A stretch of DNA of 64,000 bases from the human T2T-CHM13v2.0 reference genome, Homo sapiens, in assembly GCF_009914755.1 (NCBI RefSeq), contig NC_060933.1; one strand, given 5' to 3'. Below the pieces are notes generated by a model. The model searched no databases. It was not told where the DNA came from and worked only from the letters and a program-made list of their open reading frames with translations. Position 1 is the stretch's first letter. Every line of letters begins with the position of its first letter. A program made the translations under genes and the position numbers. Of the stretch, positions 1 through 13,279 are shown one piece after another.

Positions 1-3000
1 TCCTTTCCATTCCAGTCCTTTCCATTCCATTCCACTCGGGTTGATTCCATTCTATTAGTTTCTATTCCATTCCATTCCCTTCCATTCCACTCTGGTTGAT
101 TCCATTCCTTTCCATTCCACTCGAATACATTCCCTCCTATTCCACTCGGAACGATTCCATTCCATTCCATTCCACTCCATTCCATTCCATTCCATTCCAT
201 TCCATTTCGTTGCATTCCATTCTATTCCGTATCATTCCATTCCATTCCATTCCATTCCATTCCATTCCATTCCACTCGTGTTGATTCCATTCCTTTCCAT
301 TCCATTCGGTTTGAAGGCATTCCATTCCATTCCATTCCATTCCATTCCATTCCATTCCATTCAATTGTACTCGCGTTGATTCCATTCCATTGCATTCCAT
401 TCCATTCCATTCCATTCCATTCCGTTGCATTCCATTCCATTACATTCGGATTGATTCTATTCAACTCCCTTACTCTCCATTACATTCCATTCCATTCGGG
501 TTGTTCCATTCCATTCCATTCCATTCCACTCCATTCCATGGCAGTCGGTTTGATTCCATTCCATTCCATTCCATTCCATTCCATTCCATTACGGATGATT
601 CCATTCCATTGCATTCCGTTCCATTACATTCCCCTGCACTCGCGTTAATTCCATTCCATTCCATTCCATTCCATTCAATTCCATTCCATTACAATTCGTT
701 CCATTCCATTCTATTCCGTACCATTCCATTCCGTTCCATACCATTCCATTCCATTCCATTCCATTCCATTCCGTTCCATTCCGTTCCATTCCATTCCATT
801 CCATTCTATTCGGGTTAATTCCATTCCATTCCATTCCATTCCATTCCATTCTATTCCATTCCATTGCAATCGAATTGAATCCATTGCATTTCATTGCATT
901 CCATTCCATTCCATTCCAATCCGGAAGATTCCATTCCATTGCATTCTATTCCATTCCATTCCCCTGCACTCACGTTGATTCCATTCCATTCCATTCCATT
1001 CCATTCAATTCCATTCCATTCCGTTCCGTTCCGTTCCATTCCATTCCATTCCATTCCATTCCGTTCCGTTCCATTCCATTCCATTCCATTCTATTCGGGT
1101 TAATTCCATTCCATTCCATTCGATTGCAATCGACTTGATTCCATTCCATTCCATTCCATTCCATTCCATTCCATTCCATTCCTTTCCATTCCATTACGGA
1201 TGATTCCATTCCATTGCATTCCATTCCATTCCATTCACCTGTACTCGGGTTGATTCCATTCCATTCCATTCCAATCCTTGCCATTCCACTCGTGTTGATT
1301 CCATTCTTTCCATTCCATTCAAGTTGAATACATTCCATTGCATTCCATTCCAATCGATTCCATTCGATTGCACTCAGGTTGATTCCATTCCATTGCATTC
1401 CATTCCATTCCATTCCATTCCATTCCATTCCGTTCCATTCCATTCCATTACATTCGGATTGATTCTATTCAATTCCCTTACACTCCATTACATTCCATTC
1501 CATTCGGGTAGTTTCCAATCCATTCCATTCCATTCCTCTCCATTCCATTGCACTCGGGTTGATTCCATTCCATTGCATTCCATTCCATTCCATTCAATTC
1601 CATTCCGTTCCATTCCATTCCATTACATTCGGATTGATTCTATTCAACTCCCTTACTCTCCATTACATTTGATTCCATTCGGGTTGTTCCATTCCATTCC
1701 ATTCCATTCCACTGCATTCCATTGCACTCGGGTTGATTCCATTCCATTCCATTCCATTCCGGAAGATTCCATTCCATTACATTCCATTACATTCCATTCC
1801 CCTGCACTCGCGTTGATTCCATTCCATTCCATTCCATTCCATTCCTTTCCGTTCCATTCCATTCCATTCCATTCCATTCCATTCCGTTCCGTTCCGTTCC
1901 GTTCCATTCCATTCCATTCTATTCGGGTTAATTCCATTCCATTCCATTCGATTGCAATCGAGTTGATTCCATTCCATTCCATTCCATTCCATTCCATTCC
2001 ATTCCATTCCTTTCCATTCCATTACGGATGATTCCATTCCATTCCATTGCATTCCATTCCATTACATTCCCCTGTACTCGGGTTGATTCCATTCCATTGG
2101 ATTCCAATCCATGCCCTTCCACTCGTGTTGATTCCATTCTTTCCATGCCATTCAAGTTGAATCCTTTCCATTGCATTCCATTCCATTCGATTCCATTCGA
2201 TTGCACTCGGGTTGATTCCATTCCATTGCATTCCATTCCATTCCATTCCGTTCCATTCTCTTCCATTACATTCGGATTGATTCTATTCAATTCCCTTACA
2301 CTCCATTATATTCCATTCCATTCGGGTTGATTCCATTCCATTCCATTCCATTCCATTCCATTCCATTACAATCGAGTTGATTCCATTCCATTCCATTCCA
2401 TTCCAGTCCTTTCCATTCCATTCCACTAGGGTTGATTCCATTCTATTAGTTTCCATTCCATTCCATTCTCTTCCATTCCACTCTGGTTCATTCAATTCCT
2501 TTCCATTCCACTCGAATACATTCCCTCCTATTCCACTCGGAACGATTCCATTCCATTCCATTGCATTCCATTCCATTCCACTCCATTCCATTCCATTCCA
2601 TTTCGTTCCATTCCATTCTATTCCGTACCATTCCATTCCATTCCATTCCATTCCATTCCATTCCACTCCACTCGTGTTGATTCCATTGCTTTCCATTCCA
2701 TTCGGTTTGAAGGCATTCCATTCCATTCAATTCCATTCCATTCCATTCCATTCCATTCCATTCCATTGTACTCGGGTTGATTCAATTCCATTGCATTCCA
2801 TTCCATTCCATTCCGTTGCATTCCATTCCATTTCATTCGGATTGATTGTATACAAATCCCTTACTCTCCATTCCATTCCATTCCATTCGGGTTGTTCCAT
2901 TCCATTCCATTCCATTCCATTCCATTCCTTTCCATACCATTCCATTCCATTCCATTCAATTCCATTCCGTTCCATTCCGTTCCATTCCATTCCATTCCAT

Positions 3001-4539
3001 TCTATTCGGGTTAATTCCATTCCATTCCATTCCATTCCATTCCATTCTATTCCATTCCATTGCAATCGAGTTGAATCCATTGCATTTCATTCCATTCCAT
3101 TCCATTCCATTCCTTTCCGGAAGATTCCATTCCATTGCATTCCATTCCATTCCATTCCCCTGCACTCGCGTTGATTCCATTCCATTCCATTCCATTCCAT
3201 TCCATTCCGTTCCATTCCGTTCCGTTCCATTCCATTCCATTCCATTCCATTCCATTCCGTTCCGTTCCATTCCATTCCATTCCATTCCACTCTATTCGGG
3301 TTAATTCCATTCCATTCCATTCGATTGCAATCGAGTTGATTCCATTCCATTCCATTCCATTCCATTCCATTCCTTTCCCCTGTACTCGGGTTGATTCCAT
3401 TCCATTCCATTCCAATCCATGCCATTCCACTCGTGTTGATTCCATTCTTTCCATTCCATTCAAGATGAATCCATTCTATTGTATTCCATTCCATTCGATT
3501 CCATTCGTTTGCACTCGTGTTGATTCCATGGCATTGCATTCCATTCCATTCCATTCCATTCCATTCCATTCCATTCCTTTCCATTCCATTCCATTCCATT
3601 CGGATTCATTCTATTCAATTCCCTTACACTCCATTACATTACATTCCATTCCGGTTGTTCCATTCCATTCCATTCCATTCCACTCCATTCCATTGCACTG
3701 GGGTTGATTCCATTCCATTCCTTTCCATTCCTTTCCATTCCATTCCGGATGATTCCATTCCATTGCATTCCGTTCCATTCCATTCCCCTGCAGTCGCGTT
3801 GATTCCATTCCACTCCATTCCATTCCATTCCATTCCATTCCATTCCATTCCATTCCATTGTACTCGGGTTGATTCCATTCCATTGCATTCCATTCCATTC
3901 CATTCCATTCCATTCCATTCCATTCCATTCCATTCCGTTGCTTTCCCTTCCATTACATTCGGATTGATTCTATTCAACTCCCTTACTCTCCATTACATTC
4001 CATTCCATTCGGGTTCTTCCATTCCATTCCATTCCATTCCACTCCATTCCATTGCACTCGGGTTGATTCCATTCCATTCCATTCCATTCCATTCATTCCG
4101 GATGATTCCATTCCATTGCATTCCGTTCCATTACATTCCCCTGCACTCTCGTTGATTCCATTCCATTCCATTCCATTCCATTCAATTCCATTCCATTACA
4201 ATTCGTTCCATTCCATTCTATTCCGTACCATTCCATTCCATTCCATACCATTCCATTCCATTCCATTCCATTCCATTCCATTCCGTTACATTCCGTTCCA
4301 TTCCATTCCATTCCATTCTATTCGGGTTAATTCCATTCCATTCCATTCCGTTCCATTCCATTCCATTCCATTCCATTGCATTCCATTCCGGTCCATTCCG
4401 TTCCATTCCATTCCATTCCATTCTATTCGGGTTAATTCCATTCCATTCCATTCCATTCCGTTCCATTCCATTCCATTCTATTCCATTCCATGGCAATCGA
4501 GTTGAATCCATTGCATTTCATTCCATTCCATTCCATTCC

Positions 4540-6900
4540 ATTCCAATCAAGTTGATTCCATTCCATTCCATTCCATTCCATTCCATTCCATTCCATTCCA
4601 TTCCATTCCATTACAATCGAGTTGATTCCATTCCATTCCATTCCATTCCAGTCGTTTCCATTCCATTCCACTCGGGTTGATTCCATTCCATTGCATTCCA
4701 TTCCATTCCATTTCATTCCATTCCATTCCTTTCCATTCCATTCCATTCCATTGCAATCGGGTTGATTCCACTCCATTCGTTTCCATTCCATTCCATTGCC
4801 TTGCATTCTACTCGGGTTGATTCCATTCCCTTCTTTCCACTCCATTACATTCCCTTCCATTCCACTCAGAATGATTGATTCCATTCCATTGCATTCCATT
4901 TCATTGCATTGCAATCCATTCCAATCCATTCCATTCCATTCCATTCCACTCGAGTTGATTTCATTCCATTCCTTTCCATTCCATTCCATTCCTTTCCACT
5001 CGAGTTGATTCCATTCCATTCCATTCCATTGCATTCCATTCCATGCCATTCCACTCGGGTTGATTCCATTCCATTCCATTCCGTTCCATTCCATTCCATT
5101 CCATTCCATTGCATTCCATTCCATTCCTTTCCCCTGCACTCGGGTTGATTCCATTCCTTTCCATTCCATTTAATTCCATTCCATTCCATTCCATTCCATT
5201 CCAATCCGTTCCATTCCATTCCATTCTATTCCATTGCAATCGACTTGATTCCATTCCATTCCATTCCATTCCATTCCATTCCATTCCATTTTGTTCCAAT
5301 CCATTCTATTCCGAACCATTCCATTCCATTCCATTCCATTCCATTCCATTCCATGCCATTCCACTCGGGTTGATTCCATTCCTTTCCATTCCATTAGGGT
5401 TGAATCCATTCCACTCCATTCCATTCCATTCGAATCCATTCCATTACACTCGGGTTGATTCCATTCCATTCCATTCCATTCGATTCCATTCCATTCCATT
5501 CCATTCCGTTCCATTCCATTTCATTACATTCAGATTGATTCTATTCAATTCCCTTACACTCCATTATATTCCAATCCATTCTGTTTGTTTCCATTCCATT
5601 CCATTCCATTTCACTCCATTCCATTGCACTCGGTTTGATTCCATTCCATTCCATTCCATTCCATTCCGGATGATTCCATTCCATTGTATTCCATTCCATT
5701 CCATTCCCCTGCACTCAGGTTGATTCCATTCCATTCCATTCCACTCCATTCGGTTCTGTTCCATTCCATTCTATTGCATTCCATTCTATTCGGGTTAATT
5801 CCATTCCATTCTATTCCATTCCATTCCATTCCATTCCATTGCAATGGAGTTGATTCCATTCCATTCCATTCCATTCCGGATGATTCCATTCCATTGCATT
5901 CCATTCCATTCCATTACCCTGCACTCGTGTTGATTCCATTACCTTCCATTCCATTCCATTCCGTTCCATTCCATTGCATTCCATTCTATTCCGGTTAATT
6001 CCATTCCATTCCATTCCATTCCATTCCATTCCATTCCATTCCATTGTAATCGAGTTGATTCCATTCCATTCCTTTCCATTCCATTCCATTGCCTTGCATT
6101 CCAATCGGGTTGATTCCATTCCCTTCTTTCCACTCCATTACATTCCCTTCCATTCCACTCGGAATGATTGATTCCATTCCATTCCATTCCATTTCATTCC
6201 GTTGCAATCCATTCCAATCCATTCCATTCCATTCCATTCCACTCGAGTTGATTTCCTTCCATTCCTTTCCATTCCATTCCATTCCTTTCCACTCGAGTTG
6301 ATTCCATTCCCTTCCATTCCATTGCATTCCTTTCCTTGCCATTCAACTCGGGTTGATTCCATTCCTTTGCATTCCATTCCATTCCATTCCGTTGCATTCC
6401 ATTCCATTACATTCGGATTGATTCTATTCAACTCACTTACTCTCCATTACATTCCATTCCATTCGGGTTGTTCCATTCCATTCCATTCCATTCCACTCCA
6501 TTCCATTGCACTCGGGTTGATTCCATTGCATTCCATTCCATTCCATTCCATTCCGGATGATTCCATTCCATTGCATTCCGTTCCATTACATTCCCCTGCA
6601 CTCGCGTTGATTCCATTCCATTCCATTCCATTCCATTCCATTCAATTCCATTCCATTACAATTCGTTCCATTCCATTCTATTCCGTACCATTCCATTCCA
6701 TTCCATACCATTCCATTCCATTCCATTCCATTCCATTCCATTCCGTTCCATTCCGTTCCATTCCATTCCATTCCATTCCATTCCATTCTATTCGGGTTAA
6801 TTCCATTCCATTCCATTCCATTCCATTCTATTCCATTCCATTGCAATCGAGTTGAATCCATTGCATTTCATTCCATTCCATTCCATTCCATTCCATTCCG
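4540..6900 (+). repeat. Block E copy 1 (about 2.3 kb, three copies in window)
   Basis: Rare motif GCCTTGCATTCTACTCGGG...CCCTTCTTTCCACTCC...CTCAGAATGATTGATTCC and paired XhoI sites (CTCGAG). Near-identical translated ORFs at 4796/13519/24264 and 6089/25572. Confidence 0.85.
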
Positions 6901-7014
6901 GAAGATTCCATTCCATTCCATTCCATTCCATTCTATTCCATTCCATTGCAATCGAGTTGAATCCATTGCATTTCATTCCATTCCATTCCATTCCATTCCA
7001 TTCCGGAAGATTCC
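6826..7014 (+). repeat. 105-bp tandem duplication
   Basis: CTATTCC..GCAATCGAGTTGAATCCATTGCATTTC..CCGGAAGATTCC occurs twice with a 105-bp offset (6895/7000). It is single in the paralogue at ~26311-26392. Confidence 0.8.
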
Positions 7015-8431
7015 ATTCCATTGCATTCCATTCCATTCCATTCCCCTGTACTCGGGTTGATTCCATTCCATTGCATTCCAATCCATGCCCTTCCACTCGT
7101 GTTGATTCCATTCTTTCCATTCCATTCAAGTTGAATCCATTCCATTGCATTCCATTCCATTCGATTCCATTCGATTGCACTCGGGTTGATTCCATTCCAT
7201 TGCATTCAATTCCATTCCATTCCATTGCATTCCATTCCATTCCATTCCATTCCATTCCGTTCCATTCCATTTCATTACATTCAGATTGATTCTATTCAAT
7301 TCCCTTACACTCCTTTATATTCCAATCCATTCTGGTTGTCTCCATTCCATTCCATTCCATTTCACTCCATTCCATTGCACTCGGGTTGATTCCATTCCAT
7401 TCCATTCCATTGCATTCCATTCCATTCCATTCCGGATGATTCCATTCCATTGCATTCCATTCCATTCCATTCCCCTGCACTCGGGTTGACTCCATTCCAT
7501 TCCGTTACATTACATTCCGTACCATTCCATTCCATTCCATTCGGATTGATTCTATTCAATTCCCTTACACTCCATTACATTCCATTCCATTCGGGTAGTT
7601 TCCATTCCATTCCATTCCATTCCTCTCCATTCCATTGCACTCGGGTTGATTCCATTCCATTCCATTCCATTCCATTCCATTACATTACATTCCATTCCAT
7701 TCCGTTCCATTGTACTCGGGTTGATTCCATTCCATTGCATTCCATTCCATTCCATTCCATTCCATTCCATTACATTCCGTTCCATTCCATTACATTCGGA
7801 TTGATTCTATTCAACTCCCTTACTCTCCATTACATTCCATTCCATTCGGGTTGTTCCATTCCATTCCATTCCATTCCACTCCATTCCATTGCGCTCGGGT
7901 TGATTCCATTCCATTCCATTCCATTCCATTCCATTCCGGATGATTCCATTCCATTGCATTCCGTTCCATTTCATTCCCCTGCACTCGGGTTGATTCCATT
8001 CCATTCCATTCCATTCCATTCCATTCCCTTCCATTCGATTCCATTCCATTCCAATTCTTTCCATTCCATTCTATTCCGTACCATTCCATTCCATTCCATA
8101 CAATTCCATTCCATTCCATTCCACTCCGTTCCATTCCGTTCCGTTCTGTTCCTTTCCATTCCATTCCATTCCATTCTATTCGGTTTAATTCCATTCCATT
8201 CCATTCCATTCCATTCCATTCTATTCCATTCCATTGCAATCGAGTTGAATCCATTGCATTCCGTTCCATTCCATTCCATTCCATTCCATTCCATTCCGGA
8301 AGATTCCATTCCATTGCATTCCATTCCATTCCATTCCATACCATTCCATTCCATTGTACTCGGGTTGATTCCATTCCATTGCATTGCATTCCATTCCATT
8401 CCATTCCATTCCGTTCCGTTCCATTCCATTC

Positions 8432-10040
8432 CATTACATTCGGATTGATTCTTTTCAATTCCCTTACACTCCATTACATTCCATTCCATTCGGGTAGTTT
8501 GCATTCCATTCCATTACATTCCTCTCCATTCCATTGAACTCGGGTTGATTCCATTCCATTGCATTCCATTCCATTCCATTCAATTCCATTTCCTTCCATT
8601 CCATTCCATTACATTCGGATTGATTCTATTCAACTCCCTTACTCTCCATTACATTCCATTCCATTCGGGTTGTTCCATTCCATTCCATTCCATTCCACTG
8701 CATTCCATTGCACTCGGGTTTATTCCATTCCATTCCATTCCATTCCATTCCGGAAGATTCCATTCCATTTCATTCCATTCCATTCCATTCCCTTGCACTC
8801 GCGTTGATTCCATTCCTTTCCATTCCATTCCATTCCACTCCATTCCTTTCCGTTCCATTCCATTCCATTCCATTCCATTCCAATGCATTCCTTTCCGTTC
8901 CGTTCCGTTCCATTCCATTCCATTCCATTCTATTCGGGTTAATTCCATTCCATTCCGTTCGATTGCAATCGAGTTGATTCCATTCCATTCCATTCCATTC
9001 CATTCCATTCCATTCCTTTCCATTCCATTACGGATGATTCCATTCCATTGCATTCCATTCCATTCCATTCTCCTGTACTCGGGTTTATTCCATTCCATTC
9101 CATTCCAATCCATGCCATTCCACTCGTGTTGATTCCATTCTTTCCATTCCATTCAAGTTGAATCCATTGCATTGCATTCCATTCCATTCGATTCCATTCG
9201 TTTGCACTCGGGTTGATTCCATTCCATTGCATTCCATTCCATTCCATTCCATTCCATTCCATTCCATTCCGTTCCATTCCATTCCATTACATTCGGATTG
9301 ATTCTATTCAATTCCCTTACACTCCATTACATTCCATTCCATTCGGGTAGTTTCCATTCCATTCCATTTCATTCCTCTCCATTCCATTGAACTCGGGTTG
9401 ATTCCATTCCATTGCATTCCATTCAATTCCATTCAATTCCATTCCGTTCCATTCCATTCCATTACATTCGGATTGATTCTATTCAACTCCCTTACTCTCC
9501 ATTACATTCCATTCCATTCGGGTTGTTCTATTCCATTCCATTCCATTCCACTCCATTCCATTGCAGTCGGGTTTATTCCATTCCATTCCATTCCATTCCT
9601 TTCCGGAAGATTCCATTCCATTGCATTCCATTCCATTCCATTCCCTTGCACTCGCGTTGATTCCATTCCATTCCATTCCATTCCATTCCATTCCATTCCA
9701 TTCCTTTCCGTTCCATTCCTTTCCATTCCATTCCATTCCAATGCATTCCATTCCGTTCCGTTCCGTTCCATTCCATTCCATTCCATTCTATTCGGGTTAA
9801 TTCCATTCCATTCCGTTCGATTGCAATCGAGTTTATTCCATTCCATTCCATTCCATTCCATTCCATTCCATTCCATTCCTTTCCATTCCATTACGGATGA
9901 TTCCATTCCATTGCATTCCATTCCATTCCATTCCATTCCCCTGTACTCGGGTTGATTCCATTCCATTCCATTCCAATCCATGCCATTCCACTCGTGTTGA
10001 TTCCATTCTTTCCATTCCATTCAAGTTGAATCCATTCCAT
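8432..10040 (+). repeat. ~853-bp tandem duplication
   Basis: ORF pairs 8545/9398, 8559/9412, 8649/9502 and 8708/9561 are all offset by 853. Shared rare variants: CATTGAACTCGGG, GGGTTTATTCC, CCCTTGCACTCGCG, CCAATGCATTCC, CCGTTCGATTGC. Confidence 0.85.
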
Positions 10041-10107
10041 TGCATGCCATTCCACTCCTGTTGATTCCATTCTTTCCATTCCATTCAAGTTGAATCCATT
10101 CCATTGC
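9980..10107 (+). repeat. 64-bp tandem duplication
   Basis: ATGCCATTCCACTC(G/C)TGTTGATTCCATTCTTTCCATTCCATTCAAGTTGAATCCATTCCATTGC at 9980 and 10044. Confidence 0.8.
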
Positions 10108-13100
10108 CTTCCATTCCATTCCATTCCCCTGCAGTCGGGTTGTTTCCATTCCATTCCGTTCCATTCAATTCCATTCCATTCCTTTCCGTTCCATTCCATT
10201 CCATTCCATTCTATTCGGGTTAATTCCATTCCATTCCATTCCATTCCATTCCATTCCATTCCATTCCAATCGAGTTGATTCCATTCCATTCCATTCCATT
10301 CCATTCCACTCCATTCCAGTCCTTTCCATTCCATTCCACTCGGGTTGATTCGAATGTATTCCTTTCCATTCCATTCCATTCCGTTGCAATCGAGTTGATT
10401 CCATTGCTTTGCATTCCATTCCATTCCATTCCATTCCGGATGATTCCATTCCATTGCATTCCATTCCATTCCATTCCCCTGCACTCGGGTTGATTCCATT
10501 CCATTCCACTCCATTCCGTTTCATTCCATTCCATTGCATTGTATTCGGGTTAATTCCATTCCATTCCATTCCATTCCATTCCATTCCATTCCATTCCATT
10601 CCATTACAATCGAGTTGATTCCATTCCATTCCATTCCATTCCAGTCCTTTCAATTCAATTCCACTCGGGTGGATTCCATTCTATTACTTTCCATTCCATT
10701 CCATTCCCTTCCATTCCACTTTGGTTGATTCCATTCCTTTCCATTCCACTCGAATACATTCCCTCCTATTGCACTCGGAACGATTCCATTCCATTCCATT
10801 CCATTCCATTCCATTGCATTCCATTCCATTTCATTCCATTCCATTCTATTCCGTATCATTCCATTCCATTCCATTCCATTCCATTCCATTCCATTCCATT
10901 CCATTGTACTCGGGTTGATTCAATTCCATTGCATTCCATTCCATTCCATTCCATTCCATTCCGTTGCATTCCATTCCATTACATTCGGATTGATTTTATT
11001 AAACTCCCTTACTCTCCATTACATTCCATTACATTCGGGTTGTTCCATTCCATTCCATTCCATTCCACTCCATTCCATTGCTCTCGGGTTGATTCCATTC
11101 CATTCCATTCCATTCCATTCCGGAAGATTCCATTCCATTGCATTCCATTCCATTCCATTCCCTTGCACTCGCGTTGATTCCATTCCATTCCATTCCATTC
11201 CATTCCATTCCATTCCTTTTCGTTCCGTTCCATTCCATTCCATTCCATTCTATTCGGGTTAATTCCATTCCATTCCGTTCGATTGCAATCGAGTTGATTC
11301 CATTCCATTCCATTCCATTCCATTCCATTCCTTTCCATTCCATTACGGATGATTCCATTCCATTGCATTCCATTCCATTCCATTCCCCTGTACTCGGGTT
11401 GATTCCATTCCATTCCATTCCAATCCATGCCATTCCACTCGTGTTGATTCCATTCTTTCCATTCCATTCAAGTTGAATCCATTCCATTGCATTCCATTCC
11501 ATTCCATTCCCCTGCAGTCGGGTTGTTTCCATTCCATTCCATTCCATTCCATTCCATTCCGTTCCGTTCCATTCCATTCCATTCCATTCCATTCTATTCG
11601 GGTTAATTCCATACCATTCCATTCCATTCCATTCTATTCCATTCCATTGCAATCGAGTTGAATCCATTGCATTTCATTCCATTCCATTCCATTCCATTCC
11701 ATTCCATTCCGGAAGATTCCATTCCATTGCATTCCATTCCATTCCATTCCCCTGCACTCGCGTTGATTCCATTCCATTCCATTCCATTCCATTCCGTTCC
11801 GTTCCGTTCCGTTCCATTCCATTCCATTCCATTCCATTCCGTTCCGTTCCATTCCATTCCATTCCATTCTATTCGGGTTAATTCAATTCCATTCCATTCG
11901 ATTGCAATCGAGTTGATTCCATTCCATTCCATTCCATTCCATTCCTTTCCATTCCATTCCATTCCATTACGGATGATTCCATTCCATTTCATTCCATTCC
12001 ATTCCATTCCCCTGTACTCGGGTTGATTCCATTCCATTCCATTCCAATCCATGCCATTCCACTCGTGTTGATTCCATTCTTTCCATTCCATTCAAGTTGA
12101 ATCCATTCCATTGCATTCCATTCCATTCGATTCCATTCGATTGCACTCGGGTTGATTCCATTCCATTGCATTCCATTCCATTCCATTCCATTCCATTCCA
12201 TTCCATTCCGTTCCATTCCATTCGATTACATTCGGATTGATTCTATTCAATTTCCTTATACTCCATTACATTCTATTCCATTCGGGTAGTTTCCATTCCA
12301 TTCCATTCCATTCCTCTCCATTCCATTGCACTCGGGTTGATTCCATTCCATTGCATTCCATTCCATTCCATTCAATTCCATTCCGTTCCATTCCATTCCA
12401 TTACATTCGGATTGATTCTATTCAACTCCCTTACTCTCCATTACATTCCATTCCATTCGGGTTGTTCCATTCCATTCCATTCCACTCCACTCCATTCCAT
12501 TGCACTCGGGTTGATTCCATTCCATTCCATTCCATTCCATTCCACTCCATTCCAGTCCTTTCCATTCCATTCCACTCGGGTTGATTCCAATGTATTCCTT
12601 TCCATTCCATTCCATTCCATTGCAATCGAGTTGATTCCATTGCTTTGCATTCCATTCCATTCCATTCCATTCCGGATGATTCCATTTCATTGCATTCCAT
12701 TCCATTCCATTCCCCTGCACTCGTGTTGATTCCATTCCATTCCACTCCATTCCGTTCCATTCCATTCCATTGCATTGTATTCGGGTTAATTCCATTCCAT
12801 TCCATTCCATTCCATTCCATTCCATGCCATTCCACTCGGGTTAATTCCATACCTTTGCATTCCATTCCATTGCATTCCATTCCATTCCATTCCTCTCCAT
12901 TCCATTGCACTCGGGTTGATTCCATTCCATTGCATTCCATTGCATTCCATTCCATTCCATTCCGTTGCATTCCACTCCATTACATTCGGATTGATTCTAT
13001 TCAACTCCCTTACTCTCCATTACATTCCATTCCATTCGGGTTGTTCCATTCCATTCCATTCCATTCCACTCCATTCCATTGCACTCGGGTTGATTCCATT

Positions 13101-13279
13101 CCATTCCATTCCATTCCACTCCATTCCATTCCACTCGGGTTGATTCCATTCTATTCCTTTCCATTCCATTCCATTCCATTGCAATCGAGTTGATTCCATT
13201 GCTTTGCATTCCATTCCATTAAATTCCATTCCGGATGATTCCATTCCATTCCATTCCATTCCATTCCATTCCATTCCAT

